Source: Fimbriosthenelais zetlandica (taxonomy: Eukaryota). From it: a DNA stretch of 64,000 bases. The stretch spans positions 4,836,001 through 4,900,000 of the forward strand of contig OZ365118.1 in assembly GCA_977030845.1 (NCBI GenBank), read 5' to 3'. The notes below the pieces were generated by a model. It ran no database searches. It was given only the letters and a program-made list of their open reading frames with translations, and had not been told where the DNA came from. A program made the position numbers and the translations under genes. Below, in pieces: positions 1 to 12,800 of this stretch (position 1 is the stretch's first letter; each line of letters opens with the position of its first letter).

Positions 1-434
1 TACATATGGAATAACGATCCAGGGCGTCAGACTAAAGTGATCACTTGTCTAGACATATCGACTTTTTATTATACATTCTTTGATCCGCATGCATCACCAA
101 TTCATGCACCAAATTAAAGACATACATTCTTGAAAGTAAGCGTCGTCAGCGATATATCAGACTTGTTTTAAGAGTGTTTGTAGTTATGAGTAGTGCATGT
201 AAATTGGGAATTTACACAGGTGCATGTGAAATTCATTTCTTACAGAATTCTAAAAGAGCTCAATTCTCATTGGGATTAGGAACTGACACAGATAGATTCC
301 CAATGGAACTGAATACTTCTTGTAACTGATATAGGCGCATATAGATGTATTTATAAATATATGATGTACTCATTTTTCTGAGACATGTTGCTATATAAAT
401 AAGTTCTATATATAAATGTCCCTTTTTTGTGTAG

Positions 435-582
435 AGCCTACGGGAAGGAGGAGGCGGAGAAGCAGGTGTTCAACTGGAGGCTTTTCTTCATGTTCTGCTC
501 GGAGGTGTTTGGTTACAAGTCGGGCAATGAGTGGCTTGTGGCTTTCCATCTCTTCAAGCGAAAGCCAGCCAGCCGTCTCTAA
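435..582 (+). CDS. Terminal coding exon of a SAM-dependent methyltransferase, cyclopropane-fatty-acyl-phospholipid synthase / (S)-coclaurine N-methyltransferase-like (CMAS family); the rest of the gene lies upstream of the window
   Basis: Acceptor ccttttttgtgtag ends at 434. The frame from 436 reads AYGKEEAEKQVFNWRLFFMFCSEVFGYKSGNEWLVAFHLFKRKPASRL* (TAA 580-582). This matches the family C-terminal pattern W(R)xFFxxCxExFGYxxGxEWxVxHxLF, recognised from memory. Downstream AATAAA near 995. Confidence 0.8.
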
Positions 583-585
583 AAA

Positions 586-780
586 TGGACTAGTTATCAG
601 TGGAAGATAGACAGTTATCACTGGAATATGGACAGTTATCACTGTAATCACTGGACAGTTAGCACTGTAATTTGGACAGTTATCGCTGACATTTGAACAG
701 TTATCGCTGACATTTGAACAGTTATCGCTGAAATTTGGACAGTTATCACTGCAATCTGGACTGTTATCTGGGTAAACTGT
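586..780. repeat. Degenerate ~21-bp minisatellite, about 9 copies
   Basis: Repeated unit tggacagttatc(a/g)ctg(t/a)aatt starting immediately after the stop codon. Confidence 0.85.
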
Positions 781-1299
781 TCAGCTATCTGGCTAAACAG
801 TTCAGTTATCTGCCAAACTGTTCATGTTATCGGTATAAACTGGACGGTCATTTAGGGTAAAAACTAGTTTTCTTGAGAAAACTGCAATGAATTAATTAGG
901 ACCATGTAATAGTCAGATAGACTTATACATCGGTTATAGTCAACTATTTCTGGGTTTAAATAGAAATATTAGTTACTAATAATTATCACAGGGTAAATAA
1001 AAGTGACCTTATTGTATTATCTCAGGAACGCGTAATCCATGGCTGCAAATATTTTTTCCAGGTCGAACCCATTTAAGGTTCGATAAATAATTTCTTTATT
1101 GAGTGTTAAATTTGTGATAACAAATATCCGTTAAACTGTTAGCAATTTATGCTACATCATTGTTATTATATACAATTTGTTAATTATATTTTGGATGGAC
1201 ATATATACATTGAATGAGATGTTACCATATAGTTTTCCAGTTTCCTAATAAATGCCTTTTCTTTGATTTTGTCGTATTTTATCTGTTATATATCTGTTA

Positions 1300-1486
1300 A
1301 GCCTGTGCTCCACTGCTACGATTTTGCATGCGATACTGTTTTGCATGGTGTTTGTGTCAGAATGAAAAATGTACCAGTGGAGGACCTTGAACACTTCAAC
1401 CGCAATTTATGAATTTTACTGCGACACAAGGATCACACTTATCGCAGTAGTGTCGCAAGCAAAATCGCAGCAGTGGAGTAGAGGCT
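1300..1486. mobile_element. MITE family 1 (Tourist/PIF-Harbinger-like), copy a
   Basis: About 40-bp imperfect TIRs AGCCTGTGCTCCACTGCTACGATTTTGC...GCAAAATCGCAGCAGTGGAGTAGAGGCT, with TTA duplicated on both sides (1297-1299, 1487-1489). Three more copies are in the window. Confidence 0.9.
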
Positions 1487-1509
1487 TTAAAGTCATGCCT
1501 GGCCTTCCT

Positions 1510-1724
1510 GCCAATCATGACTCGGTATAATTAACGTATAGAGACTGGCATCACTCGTGTATAAATAGCCTGAAACTTTGATGGCCACTTACGATTAAAA
1601 TCCCCCACTTACAGCCTTCACACCCTACCCGCCCCGGGACAAATGACTTATTTGCATGAGCTGTGACTGGGTAAACTGTTTGATCTGGGTTAAGGGTTGA
1701 GGGTTCTATATGGGTAAGGTATGC
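1510..1724 (+). promoter_or_regulatory. Candidate core promoter / first exon (CCAAT + TATA + donor)
   Basis: CCAATCA 1511-1517, TATAAATA 1560-1567, and donor-like G|GTAAGG (1714) and AG|GTATGC (1719). Motif evidence only. Confidence 0.25.
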
Positions 1725-3429
1725 TTATTGTGACTAGGGTCAATACGATTATTATGTGCTCCTCCCTCATCGACGCCTACTATGCTGATAAATGAGACCG
1801 ACACATGACATTCAGGATACTTGACAGAGGGAAACTGTATGAACAGGAAATATATATACTACTTGATGTGTCACTTTGAGTATTCTTTACATGCATAAGC
1901 ATATGTTTTCATCGAGGAATTGATGATTTAAGTCGAAATATGTACCTGCAATATCTGCAATTTTTTGAGATTCATCATTGATCTCTGGCATCTTTTCAGT
2001 TTGTTTATCTTTCATAAAGTATAATTCATAATAATATTGTAGTCTTAAGTACATTCCAGCTGCCATATAGTCGCATAATATAATAGTCTTCATATGGCAA
2101 TGATACTTCATATCGCAATAGAATTCATATTACAATGAAATCTTCATATGACAATGAAATGAACTTCATATAGCCCTAAATAGATAGATAAGAAGGAGGT
2201 GCACATGCCTTGTACTTTTCTCATAAATTACTAAATTCGTTACGGTTGACTTGGACCAGTCACTAGTCCATTGACTACTGCTCACAACCCTCTTTGTATT
2301 GATGGATAGTAACTACCAACCTATGCAACACACCCCTTATCTACGATCACATCTACCTGTGGATTTGTACTTGAAAACCCCCATTAACTTTCCATGTCTT
2401 CCTCCCATAAAATAAAAGCAAAATTAATTCCATGATTAACATGTATAATGCTTGTTAAAAGGGAGCCTAATCTGCATACTTGCAGACCGGGGGGTGGGGT
2501 GGGGGGGGGGGGTAGGCCAAGTGTTCCACTTTCTGAGTGGTGTAACAGACAGATTGATGGTTAATTTACATGACCTAGTAGCTTATGATAGGGCCCAGGC
2601 CTGCTGCCCTAGCCTCCCCAGCCCTCACACTCCCTGGGGTGCTAATTATATTGCCTTCTTGCATGTCAGTTACTGGACATAAAAATCTATTCTTTTATGA
2701 AACGGTTATGTCAGAATAAAAGCCGCATTTGATGACTTCAAATGTAACACTTGGATCTTGGATTTAAGGCCCTGGACACTTCAGAACTGCAATATCCGAC
2801 TAGGTATCCCTACACCTGCCTGGATATATTTCTGTTTAGATCCAATATTCAATATTTATAATTCTAGAAATGAGAACTGCAACATTTTCACTAGCTTCAA
2901 CCTTGGGTTTCCATGTGCACAACCCATATGAATTAGACTACTTATAATGCTCTGGAACATGGGTTTAGAAAATAATTTCATTTAAAGGGAGTGGTTGATA
3001 TGCCCGACATACTGAACCAAAACAAGGACATGTCTATTCAGTCCTTGTCATGTCACCCTCGAGCTGTCTTACTCATCACAAATCAGCTTGCATGAGAACA
3101 GCAGGGGAGGGGCTGGTTTTTTGGCACTAATTTCATGGACCTGATGAATTTCCATGCATGTTTAACTGCCCGACCACGATACCCTTTGTGCACTCAGTTG
3201 CATACTGCTTATATTTTGTAGCCTTGCCCCGTTGCTAGACTAAAATGTTGGATATATTGATTTTATCTGGACTGATAGAATTGCAATGCAGTTGATGAAA
3301 TCACTGATTTTAGTATGTTGCAAATATCCTTGAAATTTCGGACATAATTGGAGAAGAGTTAAAAAGGAAGTTTTCCTCTTCTCTCTCTCCTCTCCCACAA
3401 GTCACTCTCAACCCTCGTCCTCCCTCCCC

Positions 3430-3430
3430 C

Positions 3431-3465
<35 letters not shown>
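3430..3465. repeat. (TGTC)n microsatellite in a pyrimidine tract
   Basis: ctgtctgtctgtc run seen directly. Confidence 0.9.
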
Positions 3466-5685
3466 GCCTCCCTCTCTCTCACTGTCCATCCTTTTCTCTT
3501 TCTCACTCCTACTCTGTACAATATTAGTTCTGAAAGGTTAATGAAAAGAATCCGACATATAATATGTATTATACCTGCCTTGGTTTTATGTGAATAACCA
3601 TAGTTTTATCCATGTTCAGATTACAATGAAAGTGAACTTCTACCTTTAACTCCATACTTTGTTTCATTAAAACTTTGTATGGAGAAATATACAATTTCAC
3701 TGAGGTAAATTGCGAAAATGAATATGAATGTTAGATTTTTGTGGTTCTTTTGTTGAGTTTTTGGCTGGTAAGTGGAGTGACTATAGCTTATGACTGGTTA
3801 TTTACTGATGTAAGTCACGAATGGCACGTATTCTAACCCCTCATTAACGTCACATTCTCTGACTCTCTAAAGTTTTAATTTAACATGCTAATTATTTATG
3901 TTACCTCCAGGCCATTGAGTGTATACCGAGGAAAAAACACAGAACCTACCGCCTGACCGACTTATCATCCCGTACTAAAACATTAAAATGCTTAATTTAT
4001 GTTCTGTAAACATCTTCATGTCTTTCTCCTTTCTCCTATTTATTTCATAGAAAATATAAAGCCATTTATATGATTTAGGGATTTGCCTTGCATTTCTTTT
4101 GGTTATATTGGATTCAATTTGCAATTCAGTTCCAAAAAAATAATCAAATCTTTCCTCAGTGTACTTAAGACCTTGCATGGCAGTACTGAATATATTAAGT
4201 GTTATTGAAAATACCTTTTAGTTTCACTTATCTTTAATTAATGTCCAAAAACATATCAAGGGTCTATAATAAGTGAACTAGATATGTATGTACAAGGCCA
4301 TCTCAAACTTTGATGTAACCTTTGATTGGAATTTTGAAAAGCTTCCAAGTATAATCTATCTTAGACAAAGACCTTCCAATAATGAAACACCTTTCGCCGT
4401 ATAGACAGCTGCTGGAAATAGTAAAAAATGATGATTTATTACCAGTTCCACTCTTTATGTTTTATAGTGGCGACCTTGAGAGATTGTCAAGGTCAGGGAG
4501 CGAGGTCGTATTGGCTTACAGATGATCAAAGTCTTCCATACAGAGATGGATGTGGACGTCTTGTTTTTGAGGATTGATTCAGACGTCCCTGACCTTTCTG
4601 ACATTCTCTTTTTCCCTTATCCTCCCCCAAACTTCTTAACTCTCATTTTCCACCTCTTTAATATCTCCTCTCGTATCTCGCTGAAATTCCATTCCATCCT
4701 TTCATAAGAATTTCAAATCTTGAAGAATGAAATAAACTTCTCAAATCTCGCAATTATCGAGCCATGAATTGGATATGATTGAATGTATCTGGCTTTGCTA
4801 ATTTGTAACAAAGTTGAGATAAAGTATTCGGTCTGGACAGGGAAAAAATGCTCTTGTCTGATGCATTAATCAGTAAGTATTAAATATATTATAGATCAAA
4901 ATAAGTTATTTCTCGGTTGGCTGAACAAGTCCATGAAGATATTTACATTGTATGGGTGGCTTGCCTTTAAATAAAGTTCAAACCACAAGTGGCTGCTGGG
5001 TTGCCATGCATACGCTCTGAAGATCCCTGTCCAGATGGTTCCTATAACAACTCAAATGTGACAGAGAGATGTGAAAGATCTTAACTAGAGATAGATCATG
5101 TAGAAAAGTAGTCCTTACACAAATCAACCAAGGTGATTATTCCAGCCTTTGATCTTCGCTACTCTAGCCTTTACTCAAGTTGTAGAGTGGTGACTAGAAG
5201 GTTGATACATATTCCATGAGCGTTGATTTTATCAGTTATTGACCGTTGCCACCTTATTGACAGGTTAGCTGTGGGAGCAGACGGCTCTTGGCAGGCTCCC
5301 GCCTCTTGTCTGCCGTTCACCTGGACCCCTGCCATAATTGCAACTCTCCTTCCCGCCAAAATATTTACATAGACTGTGCGGTAGTGTTGATTCAATTGTA
5401 AAATCCATTATTCAATGGCCGCTGCTCTAAAGTGGCATGGAAGTAGCCTGTCTCAAGTAAAAGATAACTGGATTATTATTCTTGGCCTATCAGCCAAACA
5501 TTGCGGCCAGTGTTCTCTATGTTTGTTCTTCCTTCTTCTCTCCCTCTCTTTCTCATCTTCACTTATTTTCTCTATCATCCCTTTTTTTGTCTCTATCAAT
5601 AGTATCATCTCCCTCTTTTTCTTCCCACTCCCTGTCTCTCTGCCTGTCATATCTGTCCCTCTCTCTCTGTCTCTCTCTCTGAGTC

Positions 5686-5904
5686 NNNNNNNNNNNNNNN
5701 NNNNNNNNNNNNNNNNNNNNNNNNNNNNNNNNNNNNNNNNNNNNNNNNNNNNNNNNNNNNNNNNNNNNNNNNNNNNNNNNNNNNNNNNNNNNNNNNNNNN
5801 NNNNNNNNNNNNNNNNNNNNNNNNNNNNNNNNNNNNNNNNNNNNNNNNNNNNNNNNNNNNNNNNNNNNNNNNNNNNNNNNNNNNNNNNNNNNNNNNNNNN
5901 NNNN
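5686..5904. other. Assembly gap flanked by (CT)n tracts
   Basis: N run. Confidence 1.
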
Positions 5905-6730
5905 TCTTCTCTCTTCCACCCACACTTTCACCTAGTGACATTTTACCATTCTCCCCCCCCCCCTATACCAGCTCTCGTATCCCCACCTCCATGTAAAGCT
6001 AGCTGTAATTAATCACTGAAACCAAGAATGATTGAAACCACCATCAGAGAATGTTAATTTCATCCCGATTAAAATTTGATTGAATTGCCGAGACCAATGG
6101 CGTCATCCAGATCAGCATATTGTATCTCCAATTTCCTCTGGTAGTCACATTTCCTACGCCAGGGAGGATCGGATAATATCAATTATGTTTAGTATATTTC
6201 CCTCCTGAATTTAATCTAAGATTTAATGAACATATGGGAAGAAAATGCTTGCTGCTTGAAATTTTGGAAAGTTAGTTTTGGAGATAACATTAACAGATAG
6301 TGAATTGTAGAAAAGGGGGCAGAGGAAGAAAGAAAGGGTAGAGAGAGGAGAAAGAAATAGGCAGCGAAAGAGAAGAGAAAGAGTGTAGGAGGAAATATTA
6401 AAAGAAGAATTGAAAATGAGAGTGATAGGCCTTGTAGGACGAGAGACGTAAGAAGAGATGAGGATGGAAAAAGGAGAGATGAAAGTGAGAGAGGTGAGAA
6501 GGAGTTGACTGAGTGAATGGCACTTGATTTAACTGATAAGGAGAATGAATCAGATTAATGAGAAGAAACACCCTCACAGCCAGCTTCTCACATGATCAAT
6601 GAGAAGCAGGACCGCGGCCAAGAGATGGGACGAGTGATCGAAAAGTAGCCAGGGGACTTCCCCTTAATTCTTTAACCAAATTCTCCTTCACAAATCCAAC
6701 AAGCACATAAGCCTACTTCTAATTGAAAAA

Positions 6731-6901
6731 CAATCCCCTCTCAGTCCCTCACCCCGTCCATAAAAACAAACAAAATCCACTTAATATATATATGATTTTT
6801 GGGGTATTTCTCCTCATTCCCCTCAATCCCCTCTCAACCCCTCACCCTGTCAATAAAAACAAACAAAATCCCCTCAATATATGATTTTTGAGGTATTTCT
6901 C
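6731..6901. repeat. Imperfect tandem duplication, 2 x ~92 bp
   Basis: caatcccctctca...taaaaacaaacaaaatcc...atatgattttt..ggtatttctc at about 6731 and 6824. Confidence 0.85.
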
Positions 6902-8359
6902 ATACTTTTTCATACCGTACTGCAGTTAGGAAGTTGTTGTTGGCTGGGCGATAATAGGAGTAAACGCCTGTTATTATTTCTAGGCTGTATTTTGAGCTTA
7001 TTTACTATGGCAGGTTTATAGGTAGGCTCCAGTGCCGGTGTCCATCTATCGAGCCTTGTATCTGCCCATGTTACAGGATGTGGTTAGGCCTGTGGTAGGC
7101 AAACTGTGTGGTTAGGGTGAGTGATATGGTTTATGGTGGGTGGGTGGAAGGGTGGGAGGGTAGGAGGGTGGGAGGGAGAGAGTTTATATGGCTGTTAGAA
7201 GGTGAAGGCACTGCTCAGTCAGGCTCAAATTTAATTGTTAAGCTTACATGACCAAGGCTGAAATTCCATACCCCAGGGGGAAAATTCCCATATTTCAAGG
7301 CAAATATTTTTTTTTTTAAATCCACACATAAATATTTATATTTCCCTAATGTCAATTTTCCTGATATGCCAATACTTCTGGGTGGGGGGCCAGTTAGTTC
7401 TCACGGCTCGCGCCTTGTCATATTTCCTGGGAAACTGTTAACATTTTTGGCCTGGTGGTGTTTTTATGTGGGAGGATGGAGGGACAGGAGGGGGAATCCC
7501 CCTTCTCTATAACCAAATTATCCCAGGTGAACCACTGGCGGGGCTGGTATTATAGAAAAAATAGAAAAAAAATCGATAGAAACCTGGCGAAATGTAACAG
7601 TTGACAAGGTTTGTTGGCTGAGTAAACGTGGTCCGTGTTTGTCTAAAAAACACTCATCTACCTCACCCAATCTCTGACTCACTCTCCCCTCTCTCTCTCT
7701 CTCTATAACTATCTCTCCCAGTCACTCTTCTCTCTCTCCTCTATATAACTATCTCTCCTCTCAGTCACTCCATCTTCACAGAACTATTATATCCAAATAT
7801 TTTTCAGATATTCATTTTAAAAAATAGCGTTATTCAGCAGGGTTATCAATTGGAATTCTGCCGCGGTAGAATTTATACTTTTAAAAAGTTTATATTTTAA
7901 GATGATGATTCTGAATTAAATAATTTAACTGTTCTTTGGACCCAAGACTGGTTGAAGCATAGAACAAAAATGGGTGAATTGAGAACCATCCATATTTATT
8001 GTTTTGTACATAATTATGCCATCAATGTATTTTTTTAACGATTTTTATTTATCCAGGGGAATTACAGTACAATATCACATAGATCTATATGCATTAATGT
8101 CCTTTTAACCATTCATTTCTTTGTCACCATCTCCCAATGACAAAACATTATATAAATATATACTTTTGTGGGGGAAGGTTTTATCATTTATGCTGATGTG
8201 GGAGCCTAATTTGGACCAAGAAAGTCCAGACTCTAGGGTAATAGTGAGCAGGAAGGGCCGTCACCTGCTAACACCCTACACTTGTAGATAACTTCACATT
8301 CCACTCAAATATATCTTTTTTTTGCTGATTTTTTCTTGCTGACGTTTTTGCCCTTCGAG

Positions 8360-8556
8360 ACCCGCCCTCCTTGATATCAGGAGGCCCGGAAGTCATTACT
8401 TGAGTTTGCGCACGCGCAGAGAGGCGCAGGGACGAGTAGGGGAAGCAGCTGGGTGACATCTTAGATTCAGGGTCATTGTACTTGTACACTCCAGATCATA
8501 TTCTACAAGTTTGTTGTGAATTTGTAGATTTTTTTTTCAAATAAAATCGCGAGAGA
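8360..8556. promoter_or_regulatory. CpG-containing promoter-type motif cluster (GC box, ETS, NRF1, TCGCGA)
   Basis: CCCGCCC 8361, CCGGAAGT 8386-8393, TGCGCACGCGCA 8407-8418, ATCGCGAGA 8546-8554. Confidence 0.45.
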
Positions 8557-9199
8557 GAGGCTAGATCTGGTTGGAAGACTCATTTTCAAAGATTTATGGA
8601 ACCTTATGATACCCACATTTTACCACAATTATTCGCATTTACTCCCATTAAACTTCAAAGCGTTCTCCAATACCTTCCATATCTTCTCTAACGAAGCCCT
8701 GAAGTTTCGCATAGTCAGTTGGTTTTCAATGTTTTTCCTGGAGATCAAATGCAATGTTTTGTATGCATTTCTGAAAAATGAGTTAGGACAGGGAGAGTTA
8801 GGTTATTCATACCATTCCTTTAGAAGTCTGACAACATTATTAGAGTAAGATTACCCAGAGTCATAAATGACAGGAGTAGTTTTACAAGTGGCCTATGATA
8901 GCATTATACTTAGGCTTGTGAAATATTTATGAATTTTGGAGCCCGTTTACCTGTCAAGGTTGATGATGGGCCCTCCCCCACCATCTCTAGACCTGTCTAG
9001 GGGTGTAGGTATCTTTCACACCACTAGATGTCTCTCATTATCAACAGACGCTTGCCCTCACGTCACGTCATCTCCCAGTTCACGTTCCTCGCGAGATAAC
9101 GCAGGTGTTTCCGAAAGTTGGCATTTTGATGGGCCTGTAGATAGGGGAAGAGAAACAATATAAATAACAGAAAATGAGGGAGAAGAGATAGTGCAGTGT

Positions 9200-9535
9200 A
9201 TAAACATTTACTTTTATAAGGATTATAAGAGACTCAGTACTCAATAGAATATTCATTATGTGTTTTACAATTGTTTTTTACTTGTTTTATTGCAGAGACT
9301 CTCTGTTTAAAGTAGGAAACACTTCCCACTACCAAACCAATGTCATACTGAAGCCCTATCATTTTTCAACCTTAGAGTAATGTCTAAACATTTACTTTTA
9401 TAAGGATTATGAGAAACCCATTACTCAATAGAATATTCATTATGTGTTTTCAAATCGTTTTTTTACTTGTTTAAAGTAAGAAAGTGTGGCTAATACATCC
9501 CTTTCCCACCAAACCTATGCCATACTGAAACCCTA
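9200..9535. repeat. Imperfect tandem duplication, 2 x ~185 bp
   Basis: taaacatttacttttataaggattat...actcaatagaatattcattatgtgtttt...accaaacc.atg.catactgaa.cccta repeated. Confidence 0.85.
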
Positions 9536-11801
9536 AACACTTTTGAGTAATTGAAACCATTTACTCTAAGTTGAAACTTTACAGTAATATGATCATAAAT
9601 TTTAGTTGAGTTGAAACTAAATGCATTAAAACCTGGTAAGCAATGAATAACATACACCATACATGCATTAATCCTGGAGCCTGGTGTCAACCAACCAGAA
9701 GAGATAACGAGGTCACGAGGTTACCCAGCCAGCCAATCAGCGAGCAGTAATTAACAGTGTGTGGTTAGTGTCTCTGTCCCCCTATAGAGGTCTCTAGGTC
9801 TTACCCAGGGTTCATTGCAAGGTTACGAGTGTCAAATATTGGCCCTTGAGTCTAATAAAATACGATTAATTTAAGGCTCAGCTGGATTAGCTAGTATATA
9901 TAAACCACCTAATACATAAAGCTACTTGTGAAACCAAATATATAAATTATTATTTTATAAGCCTTATGTATTTTTGAAACGGCTAAATCCCATTTTGACG
10001 GAATAACTGACAAGCATCTTCCTGTTAATGACAGGTAAAAGTGACAAGCGGGGAAATAATTGGGAATAGGAGAGTGGCGCTTAGCCAAGCTTGGCGCGTG
10101 CAGCTCTTATTTCTGTTAAAGGAAATCCAAGACAACCAGGAAAGAAATTGTATACGAAAAATGTAAAAACAAATAGCAATGCAGAGTTATTCACATATGA
10201 TAGTAAATAGTTATTGCGCCATTTAAAATCAAGTGGGTACCTGTCTTTTTTTGGTTAAATATCCATGAAATATCCATATTTTGGTTAAATATCCATGAAA
10301 GGTTTGGATTTTCCCTACATCTTTTCAATAAAGTTGGATCTTTGGCTTTGCATTTAATTTAAATTGTGTCTTTTAATTTCTGATTTTCCGTTTTCTAGTG
10401 ATATATGTGAGATCTGAGATTAGGAGCGTCTATAAAACCACCCTTTTTGTATGTACCGGAAGTGCCCCTGGCATTTCCTGAGTTCCGGGAATTTCTGGGA
10501 GTCGGACTCTGTCTATGAGAGGGTGTGTCTGTGTTAGATGGGGGTGGGGGGGGGGGTGCGGGGTGGGGGGGGGGACAGAGGGGTATAGCAGGTCTTGCCC
10601 TTGGCTTCAATTGCAATGTACTAAGCGATCCGTAGACCTTTTTGTCAGATAGTTCTTTGAGTAAAATGCATTCTAATCTTAGGATACTTAGATAAAATGT
10701 GACTGATGTGAAAAAGTTGTCTCTTCAACTCAAAATTAAGAAGAATGTTTTGCTAAAATCTAATGGCGCCCGCGCAATGGGAGGCGCTTTTTTTCAGGGT
10801 TAATGTAGCACTTTTTGACAGATTTTTGTTGCAATAACAAGATGCCATATTTCTTTTTCTTGAGAAGAAAATGGCATAATAAGGATAATTGTTAAACTTT
10901 GAAGCAATATTCGACCATTTAATGTTTGCATACAAAGAATAAGAAATCTACCAACTTTGGCAAGTCTAGATGGTTGGTTGGTGGGGTGGGGGTTGTGGGG
11001 GGGGGGGGGGGGGAGGAAGTGAGATATGGTTGCTACCGACTCTAGCCCAGCTGGTACCTATTATAGTCACACCACTCCACTCCACCCCTCCCCCACCTCT
11101 ACCCCGCCCCAACCCGACCCCATTGAGACTATAAGGTCTATTGTTCCGTCAACGTGCTAGTATAAAGCCTATAGGCGGAGAGAGCCCCTTACAATGTTTA
11201 CCTTCTCATTTATACCATACCGAAACACAGCTGGGCTCAATATGGGTATTCCCCTACTACACCGCACTCTAACATTTAACTACCCCTGGTCCTTTCAAGA
11301 ATAACCCCCGTTAAAGGAATTACAGTTTTCCAAAATAAGTTCATCCGAAACCACAGTAAACATGTATGGAGTTTTTGGATCTTATTTGGGAACTTATTTT
11401 GGACAGACCTTCATTTTACTCTTAAGGACAGACGATATATCTGGCACTTATGATAGCTTTAGTGGTAAGAATCGTTCAATCTAAAATATGGAAATTTACT
11501 TGAATATTGATCAATTAAGAACCACAATACTATTTCCATCTGATTTAATTAAGTAAATGGGCTCCAATCATGGACAGAACATATGGAATGAGAGATTTTC
11601 CCACATTCTATCATGGTAATTTTGCTGATTATATTGTTGCCCATTGTAGCCGTGCTGCGGACCTAATTATTATGAATTATGTGAGATTGTTAACACAATG
11701 ACCTCTTGTACCCATCCATTAGCCAATGACGAGTTGTAACGGGTTCTCTATTGACCTCCGGCATTGTACATAACCCCTACCCCACCTCCAACTACCCCGC
11801 T

Positions 11802-11847
11802 GATGGCCACTTCCGGTACCGCTAACACCGACCGGAAGTCGGCCATT
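11802..11847. promoter_or_regulatory. Inverted pair of composite YY1-like/ETS motifs
   Basis: GATGGCCACTTCCGGT (11802-11817) and ACCGGAAGTCGGCCATT (11831-11847) are near-perfect reverse complements. Confidence 0.45.
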
Positions 11848-12480
11848 ATGACCCTTATTTGACCAGCGGAGGCTGACCGACAAACCCCGAACCTGGCCTA
11901 CAGATACAGGCATTTACATCACACAAAAGACAAGCCATGCTATTGGGAGAAAACAATTCCATGAGTCCTGCCCCTTGAACGTTCAATACTATTGCTGGAA
12001 ACGGCGACAATGACAGTCGGGACGTGGGATTGTTGCTTCTCCCAGCATTCTCACGTCCGCACGCCATAATCTGGTCACATCCCCACCTCCCACCATCATC
12101 CATTCATCTATGAAATGTGAGAAAAAATGTGAACAAATCCAAAGAACTATTTCCTTACATGTGGAAAGTTCAGATATATTGTGGAGTGCTGGCGAAGAGA
12201 AATGTATATCTTAGAGCTTAGAGTAAAATGATCATTTTACTCTAGGCTTAGAGTAAAATGATTTTACTTTAAGGTTATATATACATGTATATAGGCCTAT
12301 CTGCTCTTTTGTTGCCCGTATGGCTCGGGATTTTTTCTTCTAACAATCACTGAATTATCAAGGGGTTTACCCTTGTATTTCGGTCTAGGTCTGTTATCAG
12401 GGATTTAATTGGGATTGTGATGGAAATGTGCATTAATACAAGGTCAGTCTGATATGAGGGGGATCCTGTGTGAAGTGGCA

Positions 12481-12513
12481 GGGGATTTCCTGACCTGGGG
12501 AATTCCCTGACCT
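12481..12513. promoter_or_regulatory. Tandem composite NF-kB-like + nuclear receptor half-site
   Basis: GGGGATTTCC-TGACCT immediately followed by GGGGAATTCCC-TGACCT. Confidence 0.35.
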
Positions 12514-12800
12514 TGAAGTTCACCTCACCCATTCTCCCCATCTCTCATGCATCCTTCAAGAGGAAATCCTTCATTAGCCTCCCGGGGGTTGGGAGATGTA
12601 GTCTGGCTCTTTGATTAAAAGTCCTATTACTGTACATAGCCCATCAACTATATATCCCCCTGCCTATATCTGTATAGCTAATGGTGGCAAATTGCAGGAC
12701 AAAATTGGGACATATGTCTATAGGGGAACTGGGGAGAATGATTTTGTCTGTACACCCTAAATGGTGCATTAGTAAGGCACTGCGACACCCAAACAAACAG

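Noticed and set aside
406-651. 81-aa minus-strand ORF and 64-aa plus ORF in the track
   Set aside because: These are shadows of the real exon (a different + frame) plus the adjacent minisatellite.
5415-5996. Long ORFs spanning the first gap (also 45731-46128 at the second gap)
   Set aside because: Their length is an artefact of Ns and CT repeats.
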